This document shows, one piece after another, positions 63,939 through 64,000 of a stretch of 64,000 nucleotides of DNA (the stretch's first letter is position 1; the number at the start of each line of letters is the position of its first letter). The notes under the pieces are model-generated. The model was not told the origin of the DNA. It made no database searches and saw nothing but the letters and a program-made list of their open reading frames with translations. Source of the stretch: an uncultured virus (IMG/VR IMGVR_UViG_3300044645_001931) (Duplodnaviria; Heunggongvirae; Uroviricota; Caudoviricetes); the IMG/VR virus record IMGVR_UViG_3300044645_001931; one strand, written 5' to 3'. The position numbers were made by a program, and so were the translations under genes.

Positions 63939-64000
63939 ACCTGAGAAAAGACCACGTTGTTTGGTTGGTCTTGGTACTTACCCTTCCGATCTTGGTACGT

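Noticed and set aside
1..64000. Stop-codon reassignment, retron/DGR, introns or inteins
   Set aside because: Core genes are intact in the standard code and use all three stops; no reverse transcriptase, suppressor tRNA or interrupted polA/terL/thyX seen.

Overview
This window is part of a tailed dsDNA phage genome, most likely infecting a picocyanobacterium (it carries an hli gene and cyanobacterial-type DUF4278- and DUF5895-like genes). It has three parts. (i) 1-10 kb is mixed: prim-pol, exonuclease, Hli, methyltransferase, a ~700 nt structured-RNA/tRNA cluster and a Dps-like protein. (ii) ~10-33.4 kb is a minus-strand early/replication arm: Gp157-like, SWIM, SSB, T7-like PolA, Gp88-like, ThyX, PcfJ-like, tRNA-Leu and many small ORFs. 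(iii) 34-64 kb is a plus-strand virion arm: putative internal proteins, TerL, portal, scaffold, major capsid, three cell-wall hydrolases and HNH genes. The most striking unexplained signal is non-coding. Many intergenic spacers of the early arm carry one of a few recurrent, covarying RNA structures: a ~28 nt H-type pseudoknot (6 clear copies plus 3 variants), a GGGCA...UAAGUCCC hairpin (5-6 copies) or long post-stop hairpins. These are usually followed by a CAACUCAAC-rich leader with no Shine-Dalgarno, which suggests an undescribed phage mRNA processing, protection or translation system. All family assignments come from motif recognition by eye; no database searches were run.
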